Below are positions 49,324 through 58,006 of a stretch of DNA of 64,000 nucleotides, piece after piece. Made by a program: the position numbers and the translations under genes. The notes beneath the pieces are model-generated. The model was not told the DNA's origin. It did not search any database and saw nothing but the letters and a program-made list of their open reading frames with translations. The stretch is from an uncultured Acidobacteriaceae bacterium (GTDB taxonomy: Bacteria; Acidobacteriota; Terriglobia; Terriglobales; Acidobacteriaceae), in NCBI GenBank assembly GCA_963815175.1, contig CAWFGM010000038.1, forward strand, positions 57,492 through 121,491, in the 5' to 3' direction. The first letter of the stretch is position 1; every line of letters starts with the position of its first letter.

Positions 49324-50664
49324 CTAGACGGAGATGGGCTTATCTAGGGTCTTAATCGCCAACTTCTCTCCGGAAGGTAGACGGGGCAGCACGATTCGTA
49401 CCTTGAGGCCCGGCTTCGCGTTTTCGGCTGTGATGGTGCCCTGATGAACCTGAACCGCCCGCATCGCGATTGACAGCCCAAGCCCAATGCCACCGTTATT
49501 GGTGTCGCGCGATTCTTCTGTGCGAAAGAACGGCTTAAAAATCTGGGAGAGCAGCTCTTCAGCAACACCTGGGCCGTAATCGCGAATTTCCACGATCGAG
49601 GTATCGGTAGTTTCCGCGAACCTCACTTCTACAACTGAGTGAGACGGTGAATAGCGACTCGCGTTTCGCAGTACATTGGCGACGGCGCGGCGCAGGAGCT
49701 CCGGGTCGCCCCAGAGTGTTTGCTCCAGCTGACCACTCACCTGAAGGCTGCATTCTCGCAACTCAGCATCAAGCCGTTCTTCGCTGACGATGTCGTTTAC
49801 CACTTGCTCGAGATCTACGACCTCGAACTTTCTAGCTTCCGGATCGCCCTCGGCGCGCGTGATTTCCACGAGCTCAGAGACCATGGACGTAATTCGATCC
49901 ACGTCACGCTCAATACGATCGAGGGCGAGGGCGGGATCGGGAGAGGTCCTTGCGAGCCTGACGGCAAACTTAAGCCGCGCGAGCGGCGATCGAAGCTCAT
50001 GCGAGATGTCAGCCAGCAGCCGCCGCTCGCTGGTGAGCAGTTGCTGCAAACGTTCGGCTGTATCGTTGAAAGCCCGCGCCAGGTAACCAATCTCGTCGTG
50101 ACGGCGTGTATGCCAGCGGGCAGAGAGGTCGCCGCGGCCAAAGCGCTCCACCGTTGCCGTTAGGCTGCGAATCGGCGATACCAGCCAAACCGCCGCGGCC
50201 CAGCAGAGAACTCCCGTAGCTCCTATGACCAGCAGGTAGTAGGGAAAGAAAACCTCGGGGTGCGGGCGGTTGGGTGGAAGGGCGATAAACCAGTACGCGC
50301 CATCCGCCGCCCTGCGACTAATTACCAGCTTGCCTGCGCGCCGTTGGCGCCCTTCCGTCGCTCCATCTCCGGGGAGCAAGTTCGATAGATCCTGGCCGGA
50401 AACGAGGTCGATACCCGCGGAATTGAGGAGATAGTGCGAGCCACCAAAGACCCGGTTAGCAAGCTGCATATAGGCCGCGACAGCGGCTGACCCGCCACGA
50501 TCCAGGGCCTTCCGGGCTTCTTCCAGTTGTAGTTCGTCGGTTCGTTCGAATGTCCGGTAAAAAGTATCGCGCTCAATCTTCCCCGAAATAGCAAGAAACA
50601 CCACGAGAGACAACGACAACGTTCCTGTCAAGGCGAGCAGGATTGCAATGTAGAGAGATCTCAT
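49324..50664 (-). CDS. sensor histidine kinase (TM-HAMP-HisKA-HATPase_c)
   Basis: The H-box is ADISHELRSPL, with N, G1 and G2 blocks (NVLRNASRYS, DYGPGV, GGIGLGLSI). I prefer ATG 50664 (AGAGG 6 nt upstream) over TTG 50709. Confidence 0.85.
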   Translation of the reverse strand: MRSLYIAILLALTGTLSLSLVVFLAISGKIERDTFYRTFERTDELQLEEARKALDRGGSAAVAAYMQLANRVFGGSHYLLNSAGIDLVSGQDLSNLLPGDGATEGRQRRAGKLVISRRAADGAYWFIALPPNRPHPEVFFPYYLLVIGATGVLCWAAAVWLVSPIRSLTATVERFGRGDLSARWHTRRHDEIGYLARAFNDTAERLQQLLTSERRLLADISHELRSPLARLKFAVRLARTSPDPALALDRIERDVDRITSMVSELVEITRAEGDPEARKFEVVDLEQVVNDIVSEERLDAELRECSLQVSGQLEQTLWGDPELLRRAVANVLRNASRYSPSHSVVEVRFAETTDTSIVEIRDYGPGVAEELLSQIFKPFFRTEESRDTNNGGIGLGLSIAMRAVQVHQGTITAENAKPGLKVRIVLPRLPSGEKLAIKTLDKPISV

Positions 50665-50715
50665 AGAGTGCCTCTGTTCCGCCTGATGGTATAGGTTGGC
50701 GCTCCTCAATAGCGC

Positions 50716-51429
50716 TCAACGCTCCGTGCTGGTAAAAACATAACCGATGCCGCGGATGGTACGAATCAAGGTATGACCGGATTCAAGCTTCTTGCGCAAG
50801 CGGCTGATGTGTACATCGAGCGATCGGTCCAAGGGGGTTGCTTTGCGTTCGAACAGACTCGCGGTGATCTCGTCGCGAGAGACGATCCTGCCGGCCGAGC
50901 GAGCCAGCAAATCGAAGATGTCGAACTCCATTGCGGTCAAATCTACCAGGCGCTTGCCCTTCCACACCTCGCGCCTGTTCACATCGATGCGGATCTCTCC
51001 AAAACTGGTGAGTGCATGGTTCAGATGATGGGATCTGTCGATTCGCCGAAGGACTGCGCGGATACGCGAGAGGAGCTCATCGGGATCGAAAGGTTTGACC
51101 AGGTAGTCATCCGCACCTTTGTCTAAACCTTCGATTCGATCGTTGCGATGGCTGCGCGCCGTTAACATGATGACCGGCACGGCGCTCTGGCGACGGATCT
51201 GGTGTAAGAGGGTGAAACCATTGATTTGAGGCAGCATGACATCAAGGATGACCAAATCGTATTGGCCCTCCAGAGCGCGGGCAAGGCCGTCACGGCCGTT
51301 GTGAACGGCTGTCAGCCGGTGGCCGTTCTCCGCGAAGAACTCCTTCATCATGCCGCATAACTCTGCGTCGTCATCGACGAGCAGCAGCGATAACGTCCCG
51401 GATGTGGGCGATGTGCCTGGTGTCGCCAT
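50716..51429 (-). CDS. OmpR-family response regulator
   Basis: The receiver is LLLVDDD...DLVILDVMLP...K. The winged-helix output domain is LTAMEFDIFDLLA...IRTIRGIGYVF. Confidence 0.9.
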   Translation of the reverse strand: MATPGTSPTSGTLSLLLVDDDAELCGMMKEFFAENGHRLTAVHNGRDGLARALEGQYDLVILDVMLPQINGFTLLHQIRRQSAVPVIMLTARSHRNDRIEGLDKGADDYLVKPFDPDELLSRIRAVLRRIDRSHHLNHALTSFGEIRIDVNRREVWKGKRLVDLTAMEFDIFDLLARSAGRIVSRDEITASLFERKATPLDRSLDVHISRLRKKLESGHTLIRTIRGIGYVFTSTER

Positions 51430-51527
51430 TACTAGACCTATCGGCGAACTTCCCTCTTACACACAAGTTTACGCGAGGGCGCAGCCCTGGATTCAGCGGC
51501 TCACCTTAATTCGACTCTCTGAACGGC

Positions 51528-52607
51528 TCAGCGTTTGAGTAGCTGCTCGATGTAGGCAAGGGCACGTGGATCGTTGGTTTGCCCCAGCCAGAAGATCGCT
51601 TCCTTGCGAATGGCAAAGTTGGTATTGGTGTCGGCGATGTGGACCAGTTGGGGCACACTTTCTTCGCGAGGCAATTGGCTCAGGGCAAAGACGGCCTTCT
51701 TCTTGACTTCAAAGTTGGGATCGTTCTGGATGGACGCGTTCAAAGTGGCGATGGCTTTCCTGCCCGCTTTCTGCGCCAACCAGAAAAGAGCCTGAGCCCG
51801 AACCCGGCTGTCGGCGTCCGACTTGGCCAGCTGAATCAAATCGTCCATTGCGCCGGGGTCTGAATTGATAGAGAGATCGAAGGTCAGCTTCTCGCGGAGC
51901 TTGGGGTCTGGTTCGCTGCGTACAAGTTGACGCAAGGCCAGCAATCCTTCGTGCCCACGCTGTGCGCCCAACCAGAACGCTGCCTTTTCACGGAGGTAGG
52001 CGGTGTTTTCGGGAGAGGCGAGCGAGACCAGCACTTGGGTTGCGCGGGGCGTCGCATGCATGCTGAGGGCAGCCAGATTCTCATCGACTACCCCGCCGCG
52101 CCCGGCTCCGTTGTCACGAAGTGCGGCGGCATTTTGGGCAAGCTTGCCGAGATAGGCGGCACTGTCTTCCGGCTGCACATCGGTCAGCCACTCAAACGGT
52201 ACTCCGCCGGCATCGAGGGTGCATCCCGCGGGAACCGCGCGCGTCTTTGTAATCTCGCCGTGATCAAGCCGCAAAAGCACGTCTACGATGGTCGCAGAGG
52301 AAGCAGGCTCGGCCGTATTCAGATGGTCTGCTGTGTCTTCGAGTTGAAGCTCATTGCAGCATCCAGCTTCCACTCCTGATGATCCCGCGCCAAATGAACA
52401 CGAAGAACGATGTGTTCGCGGTAGAGCCGGCACCGCATATCCCAGCCAAAGCGGACCATTGGAGTGGCGAAATCGGTCCACCGTCGCGGACAGTCCCAGA
52501 CTCACCGGTCCGGAGTGAAACTGCGTGTGCGTGACCCGGGGCTCCTGAGCGCTGGTCATCAGCGCGGAAGCGGCGAGTGTTATGACCATAAGCGCGTTGT
52601 TGTTCAT
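51528..52607 (-). CDS. secreted HEAT-repeat protein
   Basis: 359 aa with a signal peptide. The C-terminal half has repeated D..VR..A.FWL(G/A)Q HEAT-like units. Confidence 0.7.
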   Translation of the reverse strand: MNNNALMVITLAASALMTSAQEPRVTHTQFHSGPVSLGLSATVDRFRHSNGPLWLGYAVPALPRTHRSSCSFGAGSSGVEAGCCNELQLEDTADHLNTAEPASSATIVDVLLRLDHGEITKTRAVPAGCTLDAGGVPFEWLTDVQPEDSAAYLGKLAQNAAALRDNGAGRGGVVDENLAALSMHATPRATQVLVSLASPENTAYLREKAAFWLGAQRGHEGLLALRQLVRSEPDPKLREKLTFDLSINSDPGAMDDLIQLAKSDADSRVRAQALFWLAQKAGRKAIATLNASIQNDPNFEVKKKAVFALSQLPREESVPQLVHIADTNTNFAIRKEAIFWLGQTNDPRALAYIEQLLKR

Positions 52608-52625
52608 GGAGCGATCTCCTTCCAG

Positions 52626-53861
52626 TTACTTGTTGAGAATTTCGATCATGTAGTCGGTGGCTTCTTTGTTGTGCATGAGGCTGAGTTGCTGCACCAGAGA
52701 CTGCTTAGCGGCCGGGTCCTTTTCGGCACGGGCAAGTTCAACCAGATCGTGGCTATCCCCGGCGAGGAAGAGCGCCTGGGCAACGGCTTTCTTGGTCTCC
52801 AGGTCGGTGTTCTTCTTGTAAGTGGCGACCAGCGCGGGCGCCGCGGACATACCGCCAGCGATCCCCAGGTTGCGAATCGCTTTGCGGCGAAGATCGGGAT
52901 CCTGTTCTGAGCCGGCGATGCTGCCCAGCGCCTCGGCGCCTTTTTGGCCCGCGGGGATTAGCCCGTTGATCACCTCCGCCTTGATCTCGGGGTTGCTGGA
53001 ATCGCGATAAAGACTGAGCAACTGTGAGGTGGCGCCCATGGCGCCCAGGGTGTGCACGGCAGTGCGCACGAGTTCGGGATTGGATTCATGACGCGCCGCT
53101 TCCACCAGCGGATCGGGAGTGCCGATGACGAGATAAGTATGGAGAATGGCGTTCTTGACCTCTTCGTTCTTGCTTTGGCGATAGATGTTGGCCAGCGTGT
53201 CGGCGGCCTGCTTGCCGCGGCTAATGGCCAGCATCTGAATCGCCTTCCGCTGCAACGCCGGATTGCGCTCACCGCTTGCCACCTGGCCTAACAGCGCCTG
53301 CGCCTGCGGGGATTGATCCTGTGCCAGAACGAAGAGCGCCCGATCCTTGAGTTTTTCTGATTTGTCACTGTTAAGGATCTGTTGAATGATCGGCAGGGCG
53401 TGCGCCTCATCCTGCTGCATGAGTGAATTGAGGGCCAGCAGCTTGAGCTCTTCATCCTGCTCGGCCTGGGGCGGCATAGGGTCGTCGCTCTTACCATGAA
53501 TCTCTATCTCGAGCGCGCTGCATTCCTTAGCCCAATCACCCTGCGGGTAGGTATGCCTGAGCTGGGCGCAGATCTCGAGGGCACGGGCGGCATTGCCCTG
53601 CTTATTCTGGGCATATGCTTCCCAATAAAGGGCTGCTTCTGCGCGTGCCCCGTGCTGCGAGGCGAGATTGGAGAAGATTTGCTCAGCCTGCGCCCAATGG
53701 GCATCGTTGATAGCGCGGGTGCCTTCCGAGTAGAGTGTGTCCTCCTTGGCTTGGGCGGCCGCGTTGTCAACCAGCAGCAGAAAAGGAGACTCCGCACATA
53801 GAGCCGGCGGCACCGCGAGGGCAATCAACAGGGTCGCGAACAGTAGTGATTTCGTATTCAT
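52626..53861 (-). CDS. secreted TPR/HEAT-repeat protein
   Basis: 411 aa with a signal peptide. The N-terminus has TPR-like helices (WAQAEQIFSNL...ALYWEAYAQNKQG), followed by about 8 HEAT-like repeats. Confidence 0.7.
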   Translation of the reverse strand: MNTKSLLFATLLIALAVPPALCAESPFLLLVDNAAAQAKEDTLYSEGTRAINDAHWAQAEQIFSNLASQHGARAEAALYWEAYAQNKQGNAARALEICAQLRHTYPQGDWAKECSALEIEIHGKSDDPMPPQAEQDEELKLLALNSLMQQDEAHALPIIQQILNSDKSEKLKDRALFVLAQDQSPQAQALLGQVASGERNPALQRKAIQMLAISRGKQAADTLANIYRQSKNEEVKNAILHTYLVIGTPDPLVEAARHESNPELVRTAVHTLGAMGATSQLLSLYRDSSNPEIKAEVINGLIPAGQKGAEALGSIAGSEQDPDLRRKAIRNLGIAGGMSAAPALVATYKKNTDLETKKAVAQALFLAGDSHDLVELARAEKDPAAKQSLVQQLSLMHNKEATDYMIEILNK

Positions 53862-54623
53862 TTAGATGGGAACCCCTTTCGTTGTAGGAGCGCTTTGCAG
53901 TTCGGAGCCCGGGGAGTGAACCCGGGAGCGCAAGACGCGAATGTCAAACAGAAGACCGTCGGTATTCATCTCTTGCCTCAGGCGGTTGAGGTCAGCCTCG
54001 GTGAGCTTGTCCGGCTCATTGGAAAGCTCCATCAGCAGACGTTCCAGGCGGTCGAGCGAGGCCTCGACATTCAGGTCGCCGGCGCGCATCGCGCTCTGCC
54101 TCACCAGGCGATTGCTGGCCAACAATTCTCGGGCTTCGCTGCGGAGCGGCAAATCCGGCAGATCCTTGCCATCGGCGTGATTGAGCTGGACCAGCAGGCG
54201 CTCCGACCGATCGAGGTGGTCGCCAAGAACAACGATCACCACCCGCTGGCGGGCCTGCGGATCAACCGCCACGGCTACCGATGGAGCCTGCTTGCGCTCC
54301 CATCGGCGCCCGGCAACGAAGGCTACGGCAACCAGCAATACGCAGGCGGCTGCCCAAGCGAGGGGCCGGTAAAATCCGATCCAGCTGCTCTTGGGCTTTT
54401 CGTATACCGGAAGGGAGGCGTGGATCGATTGCCAGATCTGTTCGACGTAATCCTCCCTGCGCGCCGGTGGCGTGGGCGCGGCTACTCCGTCGAGGTCCCG
54501 GCACAACTCCGCGTACCGCTTGGCGCACACCGCGCAAGCTTTCAGGTGGCGCTCACTTTCGCCCATGTTGGCGGATTCCTCGTAGTAGTGCGCGACTAGT
54601 TCTGTTTCTTCCAAATGCTTCAT
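53862..54623 (-). CDS. anti-sigma factor (zf-HC2 type) with one TM helix
   Basis: ATG 54623 forms an ATGA overlap with the sigma gene stop. It has HLKACAVCAKRY (HxxxCxxC) and the TM segment LAWAAACVLLVAVAFVAG. Confidence 0.7.
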   Translation of the reverse strand: MKHLEETELVAHYYEESANMGESERHLKACAVCAKRYAELCRDLDGVAAPTPPARREDYVEQIWQSIHASLPVYEKPKSSWIGFYRPLAWAAACVLLVAVAFVAGRRWERKQAPSVAVAVDPQARQRVVIVVLGDHLDRSERLLVQLNHADGKDLPDLPLRSEARELLASNRLVRQSAMRAGDLNVEASLDRLERLLMELSNEPDKLTEADLNRLRQEMNTDGLLFDIRVLRSRVHSPGSELQSAPTTKGVPI

Positions 54624-55201
54624 GTGTTTACCCATAGGGGCGCGAGTTGGCGCCTCAGTTTCTGCACCGCGCGAAAGACTGCCTGCTTGGCTGCATTGGG
54701 AGCGATGTTGAGAGCGGCTGCAATCTCTTCCGTAGAACGGTCTTCCATATGGCGCAGCACGAAGGCGGTGCGCTCGGTGGGGGTGAGCTCGCTCATCGCG
54801 GCCTGCTGCCTGGCCTCGATCTCGCGGCTCAACAGCAGCCGTTCGGGGCCTGCTTTGATGTCGGCCAACTGGACCTCACTCCGTTCCGGATCGTTCTCTT
54901 CCGCAATACGGCTCTGGGTTTCCGGCCTTCTCTTGCCGACCACCTCAAGGGCGCAATTGGCTGCGATGCGATAGAACCAGGTCGACATACTGGACCGCCC
55001 TTGAAAGGTCGCGAGCGACTGGTACCCACGCAGAAATACCTCCTGCACGGCCTCTTCGGCATCGGACTCATCGCCGGTGATGCGATAGGCCACCCGGAAG
55101 ACAATTTGGGCATAGCGCGCCATGAGCACCTTGTAAGCATCCTTGTCGCCGGAAAGGATCGCCCGGCGTATGGAGTCGTCACTCTCTTCCATCCAGCGCA
55201 T
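54620..55201 (-). CDS. ECF-type RNA polymerase sigma-70 factor
   Basis: 193 aa. Region 2 is VFRVAYRITGDESDAEEAVQEVFLRGY. Region 4 is LTPTERTAFVLRHMEDRSTEEIAAALNIAPNAAKQAVFRA. Confidence 0.9.
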   Translation of the reverse strand: MRWMEESDDSIRRAILSGDKDAYKVLMARYAQIVFRVAYRITGDESDAEEAVQEVFLRGYQSLATFQGRSSMSTWFYRIAANCALEVVGKRRPETQSRIAEENDPERSEVQLADIKAGPERLLLSREIEARQQAAMSELTPTERTAFVLRHMEDRSTEEIAAALNIAPNAAKQAVFRAVQKLRRQLAPLWVNT

Positions 55202-55491
55202 TAGATAAGGAAATGCTATTCCGGTTAGGTTCTGATCTCAGTTTTTCGCGATTTGGGGTGGGATCGCCCGATCTTGGCAAGACGGAGTCGTCTCTTGGAT
55301 TGATCACCTCTTGTTCCCCGTAGGAAGGACGGCGGGCTAAACCTCTGGCTTAGGGGCCAACCACGGTGGTATCCCCCATCTCGCGAAAAACGAGCGAGAT
55401 GTGGGCACCCGTCCTTGGTCAGGAAGTCAGGGGGCAGACTCTAGGCAAATTTGGGCATCCTAGCTTCTGCGAGAAGAAAAGGGAGGGTGCA

Positions 55492-55698
55492 ATGGCCGTG
55501 AACCGAGAAAACCCAAGCGAGACGCCCGAAGCCGAGGCCCAAAACATTAAGATCGATCGCAACGCGCCTGCCGGAAGCAAGAATTCCCTAGGGGCGCAAA
55601 GCGTTCGTGATGGCCGTCCGAATACCGACGACAGCGTAGTCGAGGCGATGGACGAAGAGGGCCCAGGCATCCCACCTGATCCGCCGGAGAAGCGGTAG
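55492..55698 (+). CDS. small acidic hypothetical protein
   Basis: ATG 55492 is preceded by GGGAGGG. 68 aa, predicted disordered. The upstream part of ORF 55366.. has no support. Confidence 0.4.
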   Translation: MAVNRENPSETPEAEAQNIKIDRNAPAGSKNSLGAQSVRDGRPNTDDSVVEAMDEEGPGIPPDPPEKR

Positions 55699-55715
55699 CT
55701 GCGCTGGTGTGTGAT

Positions 55716-55741
55716 GCCCCCGAATGCGAGCAGACGGGGGC
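55716..55741. terminator. GC hairpin GCCCCCG-N12-CGGGGGC between convergent genes
   Basis: Read directly. It begins 18 nt after the stop of 55492..55698 and ends 37 nt before the stop of 55778..56104. There is no clear U-tract. Confidence 0.4.
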
Positions 55742-55777
55742 TTGGCGCCTGCAGTAAGCAAGAGATCAATAAATATG

Positions 55778-56104
55778 CTAACGGTTTAGTTCGTGAAGGG
55801 TTTGACCCGCCGCTTGCGCTACCTCACCGGCTGTGTTCTTGACCGCTCCTGCCAACCGATCAGCGGCCCCTTCACCTGCCAGTTGATCGTTGCCGGTTGC
55901 TCTGCCGAGGCCCTCTTTCAGCTTGCCGGCCAAGCGTCCTCCGGTACCGGACAGGCGCTGTTTCGATCCCCAAAGCGCGGTTCGGTCTGCGGCATACTCT
56001 ACGTCATCATCTCCGGTCGCATACTGCGGACCTGGTTGGTTGAGCACAATGTACGCCGCAAAGGCGACACCTATCCCGGCGATTACCCAAGTTAGACCTT
56101 TCAT
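55778..56104 (-). CDS. CsbD-like stress protein with N-terminal TM helix
   Basis: The C-terminal block is KLKEGLGRATGNDQLAGEGAADRLAGAVKNTAGEV (CsbD repeat pattern). The N-terminal block is LTWVIAGIGVAFAAYIVL. Confidence 0.65.
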   Translation of the reverse strand: MKGLTWVIAGIGVAFAAYIVLNQPGPQYATGDDDVEYAADRTALWGSKQRLSGTGGRLAGKLKEGLGRATGNDQLAGEGAADRLAGAVKNTAGEVAQAAGQTLHELNR

Positions 56105-56211
56105 TCTCGAATCTCCTTAGGCATTGGATGCGCATATGGGGAGGGGCGTAAATTCAATAAACGAGCGACGGCCCCGGTTCAGGCCGGCCCGGCTTTCGCT
56201 TCAATGGCTCG

Positions 56212-56811
56212 TCATTTACTCCCAGGTGGAATCACGCCATTCATTCGTAGATACTCCACCAGTTGCCCGTAGTGGTCGTAGCCGTGAGCCACGGCAAAGG
56301 CGGCTAGTGTGGCTGGTGTGTGGAATCCGTCGAGTCCCTCAATCCCGGTGAACGCATTTTGCGGGGTGATCGTCATGATCTGGGCGTGACAATAGGCAAA
56401 GCTTTGTTTGAGAGCTGCGAGAATTTCATCTTTTGTTTTCAGATCGCGCACCAGGCTCGCCGCCGCTGGTGGTTTGGCCCCGCTCACCTGGCTGTAGAAG
56501 TGGTAATTCGCTCCGGCAATGTGCGTCAGCTGCCCGGCAAAGGTGCGAACGGTTCCGTACTTAGCCGGACTGCCAGGAGCAAACGTCTCCGCCGAGGGCG
56601 CGAAGCCGTACTTTTCCGCGGGCATCGCCTCAGCAACAGCCATCAGCTGGGTCTCAAGTTGGGTCAACATAACATCCAAGGCCTTGGCCGGCGCCATGGG
56701 CTTGCCCGCATCCGAAGCGGTGTAGGAATCTTTGTAATCTCTCGCCTGTGCTGATGCAGTCGCTACCGCTATGGTGAGCAGACCGATCATCGACCAATTA
56801 GAAACTCGCAT
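56212..56811 (-). CDS. DinB-family protein with signal peptide
   Basis: 199 aa. It is a four-helix DinB-like protein with conserved His positions (LTHIAGANYHF..., ...AVAHGYDHYGQLVEYLR). Confidence 0.7.
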   Translation of the reverse strand: MRVSNWSMIGLLTIAVATASAQARDYKDSYTASDAGKPMAPAKALDVMLTQLETQLMAVAEAMPAEKYGFAPSAETFAPGSPAKYGTVRTFAGQLTHIAGANYHFYSQVSGAKPPAAASLVRDLKTKDEILAALKQSFAYCHAQIMTITPQNAFTGIEGLDGFHTPATLAAFAVAHGYDHYGQLVEYLRMNGVIPPGSK

Positions 56812-57131
56812 GCTTTTCTCCTTACTAAGAAATAATCTGTTGCAAAACCACCAATCGGAAATCGCGACCCTCCGATTCTACTGCTTGCAAGACTTTTGCT
56901 GGTGCCTCTTGTTCAGCGCAAGCCATCCGTTCACCTCACGCCAGAAGGCGGCGGAGCCCTGGCCGTGAGCTTGGTGAAATCCGCACGCCTTCTTTAGTTC
57001 GAATGGGCGAAGGCGGCTTGATCGTGGGCGAAGGCCCGTGCATCCAAGCTGGTCCCATCGCATCCAAATTGATAGATGTGAAAGCAGCGACCAGCCAGAG
57101 ATCCTCATATTTCAACTGCCCTCGGCGCTCT

Positions 57132-57968
57132 ATGCTCCTGAAGTATCTCTTTGCCGTGCTACTTCTTTTAGCCCCATTCGCGTTTGCTCAAACCCAATCG
57201 GATAAGAATCTGCCCGCGAAGGAGCTGGTACGCCGCGTGATTGCCAACGAGCTACGCATGCAAGACCAGGATCAAAGCCGCTGGATGTATGAGGAAGAAA
57301 GCGTCAGGGCAGGCGTGAAAGAGACCAAGGAGGTAGCGGGAACGAAGGATGGCGCGGTCACTTTGCTGGTCGGGCGTAACGGCCAGACCCTTACGGGGGA
57401 CGAACTGAAGAAGCAGGAAGAAGAGATGAAGGCGTTCATCCACGACCGCGAAAAGCTGGAGAAGCAAAAGCGAGCCGCGGAGGAAGACGCGGCCAAAACC
57501 AAGCGGCTCCTTTCCATGCTGCCGGACGCCTTCAATTTCAGCTATGCGCAGGGTAGCGGAGACACGGGTGACACGGTCCGGCTAAATTTTCAACCCAACC
57601 CGGAATATCATGCTTCTTCGCGTGAGGCGCAGGTCTTCCATGAGATGGAGGGCACACTCACTGTGGACCGTAAAGAAGAGCGGCTAGTGGAAATTAAGGG
57701 AAAGCTGATGCACGCGGTGAAATTCTTTGGTGGATTGCTGGGCCATTTGGATCCGGGGGGCACGTTCGATGTGCACCAGGTAAGGCTTGGCGCAAATCAC
57801 TGGGAGATCGACCGGCTCAACGTTGATATGAAAGGAAAGGCCCTGTTTTTCAAGACAATCAGCGTTCAACAAGACGAAAGTGACAGTCACTTCCAACAGC
57901 TACCGGAGAACATTACGCTGGCTGAGGCGGCTGATCTGCTGGTGAAGGAGGCTGGTCATCGCCAATAA
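57132..57968 (+). CDS. secreted hypothetical protein
   Basis: ATG 57132 gives the signal peptide MLLKYLFAVLLLLAPFAFAQ. 278 aa and Lys/Glu-rich. No family recognised. Confidence 0.55.
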   Translation: MLLKYLFAVLLLLAPFAFAQTQSDKNLPAKELVRRVIANELRMQDQDQSRWMYEEESVRAGVKETKEVAGTKDGAVTLLVGRNGQTLTGDELKKQEEEMKAFIHDREKLEKQKRAAEEDAAKTKRLLSMLPDAFNFSYAQGSGDTGDTVRLNFQPNPEYHASSREAQVFHEMEGTLTVDRKEERLVEIKGKLMHAVKFFGGLLGHLDPGGTFDVHQVRLGANHWEIDRLNVDMKGKALFFKTISVQQDESDSHFQQLPENITLAEAADLLVKEAGHRQ

Positions 57969-58006
57969 TCCGATTGGCCAAGCCGGGACCTACTCTCAAT
58001 TGCGCG

